Assembly (NCBI GenBank): GCA_963825525.1
Contig: CAWGTN010000002.1
Location: 320,001 to 384,000, forward strand
Reading direction: 5' to 3'
Source: an uncultured Chloroflexia bacterium
GTDB lineage: Bacteria; Chloroflexota; Limnocylindria; QHBO01
Length of the DNA stretch: 64,000 nucleotides
In this document: piece by piece, positions 45,434 to 54,080 of the stretch
Layout: every line of letters starts with the position of its first letter
Position numbering within the stretch: the stretch's first letter is position 1
Position numbers and translations under genes: made by a program
The notes under the pieces: generated by a model
Databases searched by the model: none
What the model was told of the DNA's origin: nothing
What the model saw: only the letters and a program-made list of their open reading frames with translations

Positions 45434-46024
45434 TCAGCATCCAGCCCAGATTCCAGCACCGGCGGCCCGAGCGGCGCGTTCGGCGGCATCCAGCCGCGCC
45501 TGGTGCCGCGTGTCCGGCGGGAACGTGCGAGCTTCGATGAGTCCGCGCGCCACCAGGGCCTCGCCGACGTGCACCCATTCGCCGTCCTCCACGATCCAAG
45601 GATGCCGCAGGAGCCTCCCGAACCGATCACGGTCGGTCGCGTCGGCTTCCAATGTCAGCTCCACTCCCATGACCAGGTCGATGTTGGCCCGTGTGGCCGC
45701 GTCCGCGCCGCATTCGGCCGGGCTTCCGGCATCCGGGTGGGCTACCTCCGGGGCGTCGACCCCGACGTACCGGACGCGCTCGCGAAGGGCGCCGAGCTCG
45801 ACGGTGACCGTGTCGCCATCGGCCACGCGGACAACCACTCCCCGCTCCAGGGCACCTGCAGGACCGTCGTTGGATGCATTTGGGGCGATTGACGGGCTCG
45901 GCGGCGCACCCAACACCGCCACCAGTGCGACCAGGCCGGCACCCATGGCCAGGACCGCAACGATTCCGAGGAGTCGCTCGGGTCGGAGCCGCTCTCCCGC
46001 CGTGCTAGCGCTCGGATCCGGCAA
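45434..46024 (-). CDS. Thermonuclease (SNase) family protein, start uncertain
   Basis: V.DGDT, VRYVGVDAPE, DRFGRLL and A...G.GIW motifs. Confidence 0.88.
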   Translation of the reverse strand: MPDPSASTAGERLRPERLLGIVAVLAMGAGLVALVAVLGAPPSPSIAPNASNDGPAGALERGVVVRVADGDTVTVELGALRERVRYVGVDAPEVAHPDAGSPAECGADAATRANIDLVMGVELTLEADATDRDRFGRLLRHPWIVEDGEWVHVGEALVARGLIEARTFPPDTRHQARLDAAERAARAAGAGIWAGC

Positions 46025-46634
46025 GGGACTCAGTCAGGGTGGCGCCGGTGGGATCGAACAGCAGGCAGATGAAGGACCGATCGCCGTTGCTCCACGAACC
46101 CTCGGAGGGACTGATCATCGAGCCATGGATCTCAGACGCTTCGAACGACGTTCCGACGTACATCTCGAATTCAGGCGCGCAGCTTCGATTGAAGATGTTG
46201 GGCAGGCTGGAGTCAGGCGGGTACGACCCGTCGCCCTCGTACGTCGCCACGGCAAACACCTCGTATGCGTGCGGCTCGGTGCAGGGCACGGCGTCAACTT
46301 CGCTGATCTCGTCGGCGTCCGCGCCGTTGAAGCAATCGCCCGCCCGCAGCTCGTCAATCGACAGGGTGCCGGCCGAGGCCAGCGCGCCGTCGTCGCCGCG
46401 GCGTGCGGACGTCGCCCACCCGACGGCGAGCGCGATCGCGATGGCCGGGACCCACCAGAAGCGGATCCAGCGTCGCCATGGCGCATCCGGCGCGAGCTTG
46501 GGCGCCGTCGCCTCCCATCGCGCCTGATCGTCAGCTGAGGATTCGGCCCCACGCAGCAGCCCGCATCGGCCGCACGCGGCGTCGGACTCCTCGTTGTCGG
46601 CAAAACATCTCTTGCAGACCCATCGATCACTCAT
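46005..46634 (-). CDS. RanBP2-type Zn finger, TM and septum-formation-like domain protein
   Basis: WVCKRC...N...CGRC; L.AGDCF, VPC.EPH.YEVF and W..GDR...C motifs. Confidence 0.75.
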   Translation of the reverse strand: MSDRWVCKRCFADNEESDAACGRCGLLRGAESSADDQARWEATAPKLAPDAPWRRWIRFWWVPAIAIALAVGWATSARRGDDGALASAGTLSIDELRAGDCFNGADADEISEVDAVPCTEPHAYEVFAVATYEGDGSYPPDSSLPNIFNRSCAPEFEMYVGTSFEASEIHGSMISPSEGSWSNGDRSFICLLFDPTGATLTESLAGSER

Positions 46635-47236
46635 TCGGGAACCCTAGTCGATTCGGCGGCCCGGGCGTCCGCCCATCCCCGGACGAAGGCCTCCTGGTCG
46701 GCCGTCTCGACGGCCTCGGGGTGGCGTACCTGGCGAACGCGGGCGATGGCGTCGTCCGGATCCCAGCCCGCGGCAACCAGGGCGCAGGCAACGATGGTTC
46801 CCGTCCGCCCTACGCCGCCCATGCACGCCACCGCCACGTTCGCGGATTCGCGCGCCTCGGCGATGCTGTGCAGGATGGCGTCCATCTCCTCCAGTGACGC
46901 GGGCGGATCGCCATCGGGCATCGGATGTCGATCCACGATGATCCCGATGGCGGCTGCGTGCGCCGCCACGTCAGGGTGGCCCCAGCGTCCGAGTTCCACA
47001 TCCTCGACCAGCAGAAGGAGGCGGCCGACCCCGGCGTCCGCCAGGCCCTGAAGGTCCGTGGCCAGGTCATTGCGGTAGACGCGGCCGGGATACCTGGTCG
47101 ATGCGCCGTGCTTGCCCGGTAGCACGGTCATGCCCAGGCGACCCGGGCGATGATCGTTGAGATCCGCCTCCGGCAACCAATCGATGGCCGGAGCCGGATC
47201 GTGCGCCGGTCCCGGAGCGCTAATTGAGCTGGCCAT
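46631..47236 (-). CDS. Dual-specificity/tyrosine phosphatase (CDKN3-like)
   Basis: CX5R motif ACMGGVGRTG; PMPD acid loop; AVET..Q. Confidence 0.85.
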   Translation of the reverse strand: MASSISAPGPAHDPAPAIDWLPEADLNDHRPGRLGMTVLPGKHGASTRYPGRVYRNDLATDLQGLADAGVGRLLLLVEDVELGRWGHPDVAAHAAAIGIIVDRHPMPDGDPPASLEEMDAILHSIAEARESANVAVACMGGVGRTGTIVACALVAAGWDPDDAIARVRQVRHPEAVETADQEAFVRGWADARAAESTRVPE

Positions 47237-47747
47237 TGTTGCGGACGCAGAAGTGCCCGGTGGGGTCCAGTGGCTCGCCACAGAACGGGCACGCCGGTCT
47301 ACCCGACGCAACCAATGCCTCCGCCCGGCGGGCAAAGGCGCGCGCGGTCGGCGCATCGATCCGAATTCGAAGCAGGTCGGGGCCATCCTCGGCCTCGTCC
47401 GGCAGCTCGGCGTACTCCCCGTCCTCGGTCGGGGTCTGCGCCTCGATCACCACCGCGGACGTCGTCGCGTCCCAGGCCAGCGCCATGGCACCGACGCGGA
47501 AGAGCTCGACCACCGGCTCCTCGAGCGGCAGCTCGTCACTCGGAGCCGCCTCGGCTGGCACATCGACCGCGTCGAGCAGGTCCCCGAGCCGCTTGGCAAG
47601 TGCCGCGACCTGGACCTTCTCGACCGCGACACTGATCATCGCGTCTCCCTTGCGTGCCTGGAGGAAGAATGCCCGGTCGCCGGGTTCGCCGATCGTGCCG
47701 GCAAGAAAGCGGTCGGGCTCGTCGAAGACGAAGAGGCGTCGTGTCAT
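47220..47747 (-). CDS. DUF3090 family protein
   Basis: PDRF.AGTIGEPG.RAFFLQ, EKVQV, FRVG and GRP.CPFCG.PLDP.GH.C.R.NG motifs. Confidence 0.88.
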   Translation of the reverse strand: MTRRLFVFDEPDRFLAGTIGEPGDRAFFLQARKGDAMISVAVEKVQVAALAKRLGDLLDAVDVPAEAAPSDELPLEEPVVELFRVGAMALAWDATTSAVVIEAQTPTEDGEYAELPDEAEDGPDLLRIRIDAPTARAFARRAEALVASGRPACPFCGEPLDPTGHFCVRNNGQLN

Positions 47748-47864
47748 CCGTTCCATCGTAGCGTCTGGCGACCCGGTAGAGTTTCGGTGCAGATGAGCAC
47801 CACGGTCGCCGAGGGAGCCACCTGACCGATGCGACAGCGGCTTCGACCCTTTCGGTCTCGCGCC

Positions 47865-48419
47865 ATGGCCCGTCGACCGGGCTCCGAGGGCGCTCTCGAG
47901 CTGTCGCCCCGGGCGCGACGCATCGGCGGCTGGGTCGCGGCGGCGCTCCTGATCGGAGCCTTCGCACTCGCGTTCCGTCTCCTGGGTGGCAACGGGGATG
48001 GGACCGTGACCACCGCTTCGCCCTCCGGCACGATCGCCGGGCTGGCGCCCATTCGATTCGGCACAGCGCTCGACCCCGCATCGGGAGAGGTCGCGGCGGA
48101 CGCAGAGACCGACCGATTCACATCGGGCGACGCGTTCGCCTATTCGGTCGAGCCAACCGCAACGGTGCCGGCGGCCGTCTACGTGGAGGTTCGAAGGACA
48201 TCCGGGGGTTCGATCGAAATCACGCAGTCACCGACCGACCCGCAACCTTTGCGCAACGCCCGTGTCATCGCGTTCACCGTTCCCGCCGGGGACCTCCTCG
48301 ACGCCTTTGGTCCGGGGACCTACACGATGCTCATCTACGCCGAGGCGGATGGCGACCCGCTCGCCGAAGGACGTTTCGAGCTCATCGAGGTGCCCTCCAG
48401 TCCGGCGACAAGCCCCTGA
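47865..48419 (+). CDS. Hypothetical membrane-anchored protein
   Basis: One N-terminal TM; beta-rich C-terminus ending G.Y.M...LAEG.F.L. Confidence 0.6.
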   Translation: MARRPGSEGALELSPRARRIGGWVAAALLIGAFALAFRLLGGNGDGTVTTASPSGTIAGLAPIRFGTALDPASGEVAADAETDRFTSGDAFAYSVEPTATVPAAVYVEVRRTSGGSIEITQSPTDPQPLRNARVIAFTVPAGDLLDAFGPGTYTMLIYAEADGDPLAEGRFELIEVPSSPATSP

Positions 48420-48420
48420 A

Positions 48421-48500
48421 CAAGAGGAAGGGATCGGAGACGTGCCCCATCTCCGATCCCTGCTGGCAAGCCGGCGTGCCCATCCGACTCGTCTCTCGGC
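48421..48500 (-). ncRNA. Candidate small RNA with two hairpins sharing a GGGCACG loop
   Basis: Upstream TTGACA (48530-48525); stems AGTCGG/CCGGCT (loop ATGGGCACG) and AGGGATCGGAGA/TCTCCGATCCCT (loop TGGGGCACG), then TCCTCTT. Confidence 0.4.
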
Positions 48501-48533
48501 ACAGTACGGTCACTCAACCGCACCTGTCAATAC

Positions 48534-49832
48534 TCAATTGACCGTGAGTGCCTCACTGGTGAGCTCGTACGCGCCACGATGGTCTCCGGCCTGTGCGCGC
48601 AGGTCGGCCCAGTCCCGCAGAACCTCCCGCAACCGGCCCGGAACCCTGCTCGAACGAGCGAGCGTCGCCGCATCACCAAACCGTGCTTCGGCCTCTTCGG
48701 CCCTGCCGCTCGCGCGCAGTGCCCGCGCCTGTGTGAGGGTGGCGCCCAGCTCCGCGAGCTGATTGCCGCTGCGTGTGGCGTAGTCGACGGCCGCGGCGGC
48801 CAGGGTCATGGCCTCATCGGCTTCGCCCGCGGCCAACGCGACCTGCGCCTCGGTGTCGGCGACGGCCGCCAGCCAGCGCTCGTCGCCGGTCGCTTCGATC
48901 TGCGCCCGCGCATCCCCGGCGAGCTCGCGAGCTCGCTGCACCTGCCCGGTCGCCAGGAACGCAAGCGCGAGGTCATTCTCGATGCGAGCCGACTCGAAGA
49001 TCGCGCCCGCGGCGCGATACAGGGCCATGCCCTGCGTTCCCGCCCGGATTGCCGCTTCGAAGTCCCCGACCTCGCGATAGCCCACGGCCAGGTTGAACAG
49101 GAAAGCCGCGCGACGCCGATCATCGAGGTCCGCGGCCAGACCGCGCGCCTCTTCCAGGTACGACAGCGCACGCGTCGAATTTCCGGTTCGAGACTCGACA
49201 GCGGCAAGCGAAGTCAGAAGCCGCATCTCGAAATCGGGCTCCACGCGCAGGCCGGATCGGACCTGCTCGAGGAGCGCGGACAGGATGCTGCGCGCATCAG
49301 GTTCGTTGTCGGACTCGTACAGTCCGTATGCGAGCCAGTAGCGCGCGAGTGCCGCATCGGCATCGCGGCCCGCCAGTCCGTAGATCCGTGCGGCTTCCGA
49401 GGCCGCCGCCACCGTCTCGTTCCCGCGGTCGAGGCGCGCAAGCGCTTCGGCCAGCCCCCGCAGCAGGTCTGCGCGCGTGGAATCGTCGGACGGAAGGTCG
49501 AGCAGCTCGGTGTAACCGTCGGCGGCCGCTTGCCAGCTGCCGGCAGCCAGCTGCATATCGACCTCGAGACGGGTCCACGTCGGATGCGACTCATCGATGA
49601 AATGGCCCGGCGGCAGGTTCAGCCGCTCGGAGATGTAGTTGAGCGCGACCATGGAGGGTCGAGCGATACCGGTTTCGAGGGCGCTGACATACGCCTTGGT
49701 GTAGCGCTCCCCGGCAAGCTGCTGCTGCGTGAGCCCGGTCCGATGGCGAGCTTCGCGGATGCGTTGCCCGATGCGGTGCGCGAGCTCACGGTCCTGGTCG
49801 GTGGCTCGGGCACTCGTCTTGGTCCGTGGCAT
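48534..49832 (-). CDS. XRE-family HTH and TPR-repeat transcriptional regulator (RRNPP-like)
   Basis: IGQRIREAR...GLTQQQLA...YVSALETG...PS HTH, followed by about 350 aa of TPR-like helical repeats; leaderless (TAGACT 6 nt before ATG). Confidence 0.88.
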   Translation of the reverse strand: MPRTKTSARATDQDRELAHRIGQRIREARHRTGLTQQQLAGERYTKAYVSALETGIARPSMVALNYISERLNLPPGHFIDESHPTWTRLEVDMQLAAGSWQAAADGYTELLDLPSDDSTRADLLRGLAEALARLDRGNETVAAASEAARIYGLAGRDADAALARYWLAYGLYESDNEPDARSILSALLEQVRSGLRVEPDFEMRLLTSLAAVESRTGNSTRALSYLEEARGLAADLDDRRRAAFLFNLAVGYREVGDFEAAIRAGTQGMALYRAAGAIFESARIENDLALAFLATGQVQRARELAGDARAQIEATGDERWLAAVADTEAQVALAAGEADEAMTLAAAAVDYATRSGNQLAELGATLTQARALRASGRAEEAEARFGDAATLARSSRVPGRLREVLRDWADLRAQAGDHRGAYELTSEALTVN

Positions 49833-49850
49833 TGCGCGAGTCTACACCCG

Positions 49851-49873
49851 CTGGCAAGCGCTACTTGACCGTG
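49851..49873. promoter_or_regulatory. Putative operator CTGKCAA-N7-TTGACCGTG (second copy at 48524-48546)
   Basis: Imperfect inverted repeat overlapping a TTGACC -35 element; same motif and spacing at both ends of the regulator gene. Confidence 0.45.
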
Positions 49874-50008
49874 GCATGCCCCGATCGTACTGGCGGGGAC
49901 GGGTGGGGCGGGACCGTTGGGTCATTGCCCGGTGGTTCCTTCGGCGCGACCGTGGCTGAGCGCCTTCGACGACGAAGGTCGGCCCGACCCACGTCAAGGA
50001 GAACATCG

Positions 50009-50134
50009 ATGCGAACCCGGCGAATCGCCCGCTCCATCCTGGTCGCTGGCACTGCGGCGGCGCTGAGCATTCTCAGCATCGTCTCGACTGTCATGGCCGT
50101 CACCGGCGGTGCGGACTTCCCCCTCCGCCGCTGA
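50009..50134 (+). CDS. Putative secreted signalling pro-peptide MRTRRIARSILVAGTAAALSILSIVSTVMAVTGGADFPLRR (41 aa)
   Basis: AAGGAGA RBS; Sec-type signal peptide ending V-M-A plus an 11-aa tail; divergent from the HTH-TPR gene. Confidence 0.78.
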   Translation: MRTRRIARSILVAGTAAALSILSIVSTVMAVTGGADFPLRR

Positions 50135-50182
50135 TCCTCGATCCATTCCGGGCCGCGGCGCGGCCCGGAGAGCGCTGAGCCC

Positions 50183-50767
50183 CTAGTGCCCGTGCTGGTA
50201 GTAGGGGTTTTCGCCTGCGTCGTGATCGGTCACGTCGACGATGGCCGTCACTGACGGGACGGCCGCCCGTACCGCGGTCTCGACACCCTGCTTGAGCGTG
50301 ACGTTGACCGCCGAGCAGCCCTGGCATCCGCCGCCGAAGCGCATGTATGCCGTGCCATCCTTGACGTCCACAAGCGTCACCTGCCCGCCATGGGATCCGA
50401 CGCCCGGGTTGATCTGTCGATCGATGACGTCCTGAACGGCGCGCGCCACCGGATCCTGCCAGCCCTCGTTCGGATTCTCAATGCGCAGGCCGCCACCGGT
50501 GACCGCCGGGTCGAGCTCGATCGATGCGCCCGCGAGATCGGTTGCGCTCGTCGGGTCGAGCACAACGGTCAGTCCATCGGATTCGACCGACAGGTCATTA
50601 TCGGCCCGTTCACGCGGATCCTCGAGCGCGATCTCGTACTGGAAACGACGTCCCTCTTTTGCCAGGACGCGTACCCGGAGAACTGCCTCGGGGAAGTTGT
50701 TGAAGGACCGAACGCCCTCGATCTTGGATCGAGCTTCGTCGGAGATGGTCAGGAGCGGATTGATCAT
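50183..50767 (-). CDS. nfuA: Fe/S biogenesis protein NfuA (degenerate A-type domain plus NifU-C)
   Basis: INPGVGSHGG, FGGGCQGC, TLKQGVE and DVTDH..GENPYY motifs. Confidence 0.92.
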   Translation of the reverse strand: MINPLLTISDEARSKIEGVRSFNNFPEAVLRVRVLAKEGRRFQYEIALEDPRERADNDLSVESDGLTVVLDPTSATDLAGASIELDPAVTGGGLRIENPNEGWQDPVARAVQDVIDRQINPGVGSHGGQVTLVDVKDGTAYMRFGGGCQGCSAVNVTLKQGVETAVRAAVPSVTAIVDVTDHDAGENPYYQHGH

Positions 50768-50946
50768 CAGCGCCATGGTACTGCGGGACGTCTGCCGCTG
50801 CACCGGCCCCCATGGTGAAGCGGCCGTAGCCTCCACGTGAAGAAGCCTTTGCAGCGCAGGGTGAGGCGTGCATTCGGCACGCGGTGTGCGCGCTCGAGAC
50901 GGAGAGCGCCCGCTGCGCTCTCAACCAACCGATGCACAGGGGAACC

Positions 50947-51459
50947 ATGAACAAGTTGAATCCATTGCACCGCGTCGCCGCTCTCGCAGCCGCCGCAGCC
51001 TTCGCGCTGGCCGCCTGCGCCCCGGCCGGCGGTGGCAGCTCCGGCGAGCCGGCCACATCGCCCGGGTCGGAAAGCGCACGTCCTGCGCCATCAGCCAGCG
51101 AGGAGGTTGCCAGCCGCGTCTCGATCGACGACGTGCTCGCCGATCCCGCGTCCTTCCAGGATGCGGATGTGACGATCATGGAGAACGTCGACGAGGTCTA
51201 TGTCGTCGACCGCGCATTCCGCTTCAGCGGCACCGAAGTCCAGGGCGACCTGCTCGTGGTCGTCGCTCCGGACGCAGCCATCGACAAGGAGATCCAGCCA
51301 GACCGGGTCGTGACGGTGACCGGCCGCATCGTGCCGTTCACCGACGAGGCGATGCAGGCGGCGGGCATCGACCTGACCACGGATGACGACGCGGTCGCGG
51401 GCTACGCGGGGAATGCGGTCCTGGTGGCGGCACGCGTCGCCGATCCGCTGTCCCAGTAG
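50947..51459 (+). CDS. Hypothetical lipoprotein (OB-fold-like)
   Basis: Lipobox LAAC; I.DVLADP..F....VTI...V.VTG pattern; AGGGG RBS. Confidence 0.65.
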   Translation: MNKLNPLHRVAALAAAAAFALAACAPAGGGSSGEPATSPGSESARPAPSASEEVASRVSIDDVLADPASFQDADVTIMENVDEVYVVDRAFRFSGTEVQGDLLVVVAPDAAIDKEIQPDRVVTVTGRIVPFTDEAMQAAGIDLTTDDDAVAGYAGNAVLVAARVADPLSQ

Positions 51460-51463
51460 GGGG

Positions 51464-54070
51464 TCAGCCGAGCGGCGGCAGGTCCTGCGCGTCCGTGAGG
51501 ACGGCGGCGAAGCGGTCCCCGTCCTGCGCGACCCGGGCCGGCGCATCATGGATGGTCCACCGGTCCGGGCGCAGGTCCGGGTCGTCGAGCTCGTCCCAGG
51601 AGATCGGCATGCTCACCGGGGCGCCGGGCGCCGGTCGCGGGCTGTACGGCGCGACGAGTGTCTTGTTGATGGCGTTCTGCGTGAAGTCAAGGCGCGCCTT
51701 GCCCTTCCTCGCACGTTTCGCCCATTCCCAGCTCACGAGATCGGGGACGGTGGCGCCCACCGCTCGTGACAGGCCCTCGACCCAATCGCGCGTGTCGTCG
51801 AACCCGGGGCCCGGGTTGATGCGGATCCAGACCTGGATCCCCCGCTTCCCGGTGACCTTCGGGTAGCCGCGCACGCCGAGGTGATCGAGGGCGGTTCGAT
51901 ACAGTCGCCCGAGCTCGACGACCTCGTCCCACGTGGTGTCCGGCCCCGGATCGATGTCGATCAGCGCGTAGGACGGTCGATCCGGGGTGGCCATCGGCGA
52001 CGTCCAGGGGTGCATCTCGATGGCGCCCTCCTGCGCGAGCCACAGCAGCGTCGCAGGCTCATCCACGACCGGATAGTCCTTCGGACCTTCCTCCCGATGG
52101 TGGTACGTCCATCGATTCACCCACTCGGGCGCATGACCCGGCAGGTCCTTCTGCCAGAACCCCTTCTGCTCGACCCCGTTCGGAAAGCGCTGGACGGTCA
52201 GCCCACGATCGGCCAGGTACGGCACCAGGATCGGGCCGATGGCGAGGTGGTACCGAAGCAGGTCTCGCTTCGTGATCGGGTCACCGCCGTCTCGCCCGGG
52301 AAAGAGCGTCTTGTCGAGATTCGTGACGCGCAGCTCGCGGCCCGCGGCCGCCCAGACGCCTTCCCGTTCGATAGCGGCCAGTCCGTCTTGAGCTCCCTGC
52401 GGGGCCGACACCACAACCTCATCCTTGACCGCCGACTCGGCGGCCGCCACCGCGCGCCTGCTGGACACCGAACGCTCGCGGCGAACCGCAGTCGGTGCCT
52501 TCCCAACCTCGATGCCCTTGAACGCGGCCTGTCGGAGCAGGTCATCCGCCGTCCAATCCGCGAACTCCACCCGGATGACGAGCCGTGGCTCGACCCAGTG
52601 CGCGCCCTTCAAGCGCGGCACGACCTCCAGCGCCGATGCGTCCCGGGCGAGCTCGTCGAGCTTCGTGCGCAGCTCGCGGCGGGTCCGGGCATCGATGCCG
52701 CTGCCCACCTGGCCGGCATGCACCCAGTGGTCGCCGCTTCGCACGGCGACGATCAGGGACCCGAGATCACGGTGGCTGCCCTGGCCCTGGAGCCATCCCA
52801 CCACCACGACCTCCTGCTCCCGTCGAAGCTTGACCTTCAGCCAGCTGCGCGCCCGACGGCCGGGCTCGTAGCGCGACAGGCGGAGCTTGGCGACGATGCC
52901 CTCGAGCTCCTGGCTGCGTGCCGCCTCGGTGAATGCGTTTCCCTCACCATCGACGTGGCTGGCGTACCGCACCAGCGGATGCGGCCGCAGGCGTGAGCGG
53001 AGGAGTCGCTTTCGCTCGATGAGCGGCACATCGAGCAGGGAGCGCCCGTCGATGTGGAGCAGGTCGAACACCTGGTACACGACCGGCGCCGGCGCTCCCG
53101 GGCGCTTCGACCCCGGTGCGCGTCCGGTGCGGATGCCCGTCCGATCCTGGAGCAGGCTGAAGCTGGGCCGCCCGTTGTCGTCCAGCGCGACCACCTCCCC
53201 ATCGACGATCGCATCGGTGGCATCGATCCAGGCGGCGTCGCCCGCCAGGTCCGGGAAGTACCTGGCCGCGTCCTGCTGATTCCGGGTCCAGAGCCGGGCG
53301 ACGCCGTCCCGGATCACCGCCTCGACTCGGTAGCCATCCCACTTGATCTCGAACAGCCAATCCGGGTCGTCGAACGGGGCGTCGGCCAGGGTGGCGCGCA
53401 TCGGCGAGATGAAGCTCGGCATCGGCTCCGCGCGGGCGGCAGAGAGGTCGATCTCGCCCACCGGGCCGGGCATCGACCCCTCGAACCTGGGCTTCCCGCC
53501 GTCGCGGACCTCGTCATTGGTGCGCCCCGTCTTCACGCTGGCCGGATGATCCTCGGCATCCCAGCCGTCGACGGCGGTCCCGTCCCGCTTGTGAATCAGC
53601 AGCCACTGCTCGCGCTCGTCGCCCCCACCGCGCCGGCGGTTGTCGGTCCGGACGATCGTGAATCGGCCACGAACCTTCTCGCCATGCAGCTCGAACTTGA
53701 TCTCTCCCGCCCGCAGTCCGGCAGCCGGATCGGGAGTCTCGGCTTCCGGTTGGTAGGTGCCCCAATCCCATACGATCACGTCCCCGCCGCCATACTCGTC
53801 CTTCGGGATCACGCCCTCGAAGTCGAAGTACTCGATCGGATGATCCTCGGTGCGCATCGCCAGCCGGCGGGCCGCTGGATCGAGTGTGGGACCCTTCGGC
53901 ACCGCCCAGCTGACCAGCACGCCGCCGATCTCCAGTCGCACGTCGTAGTGCAGTGCGGTGGCGCGGTGACGCTGAATCGTGAACCGGCCGCTCCGATCGA
54001 CGAGCTCGCCCGGCGCGGGCTCGGGCGTGGCGGCGAAGTCACGCTTGCGTCGGTACTCCTCGAGCGGCAT
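51464..54070 (-). CDS. ligD: NHEJ DNA ligase D (phosphoesterase-ligase-polymerase)
   Basis: YRRKRDF..TPEP, HRATALHYD, SWAVPKGP; EIKWDGYR, EGIVAK, WLKVK; TNLDK, RFPNG, DIDP and APYS.R motifs. Confidence 0.95.
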   Translation of the reverse strand: MPLEEYRRKRDFAATPEPAPGELVDRSGRFTIQRHRATALHYDVRLEIGGVLVSWAVPKGPTLDPAARRLAMRTEDHPIEYFDFEGVIPKDEYGGGDVIVWDWGTYQPEAETPDPAAGLRAGEIKFELHGEKVRGRFTIVRTDNRRRGGGDEREQWLLIHKRDGTAVDGWDAEDHPASVKTGRTNDEVRDGGKPRFEGSMPGPVGEIDLSAARAEPMPSFISPMRATLADAPFDDPDWLFEIKWDGYRVEAVIRDGVARLWTRNQQDAARYFPDLAGDAAWIDATDAIVDGEVVALDDNGRPSFSLLQDRTGIRTGRAPGSKRPGAPAPVVYQVFDLLHIDGRSLLDVPLIERKRLLRSRLRPHPLVRYASHVDGEGNAFTEAARSQELEGIVAKLRLSRYEPGRRARSWLKVKLRREQEVVVVGWLQGQGSHRDLGSLIVAVRSGDHWVHAGQVGSGIDARTRRELRTKLDELARDASALEVVPRLKGAHWVEPRLVIRVEFADWTADDLLRQAAFKGIEVGKAPTAVRRERSVSSRRAVAAAESAVKDEVVVSAPQGAQDGLAAIEREGVWAAAGRELRVTNLDKTLFPGRDGGDPITKRDLLRYHLAIGPILVPYLADRGLTVQRFPNGVEQKGFWQKDLPGHAPEWVNRWTYHHREEGPKDYPVVDEPATLLWLAQEGAIEMHPWTSPMATPDRPSYALIDIDPGPDTTWDEVVELGRLYRTALDHLGVRGYPKVTGKRGIQVWIRINPGPGFDDTRDWVEGLSRAVGATVPDLVSWEWAKRARKGKARLDFTQNAINKTLVAPYSPRPAPGAPVSMPISWDELDDPDLRPDRWTIHDAPARVAQDGDRFAAVLTDAQDLPPLG

Positions 54071-54080
54071 GGCGCTTGGG

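Noticed and set aside
49826-50134. 102-aa ORF as given in the ORF track
   Set aside because: Its start overlaps the regulator's start; the RBS supports the 41-aa product from ATG 50009.
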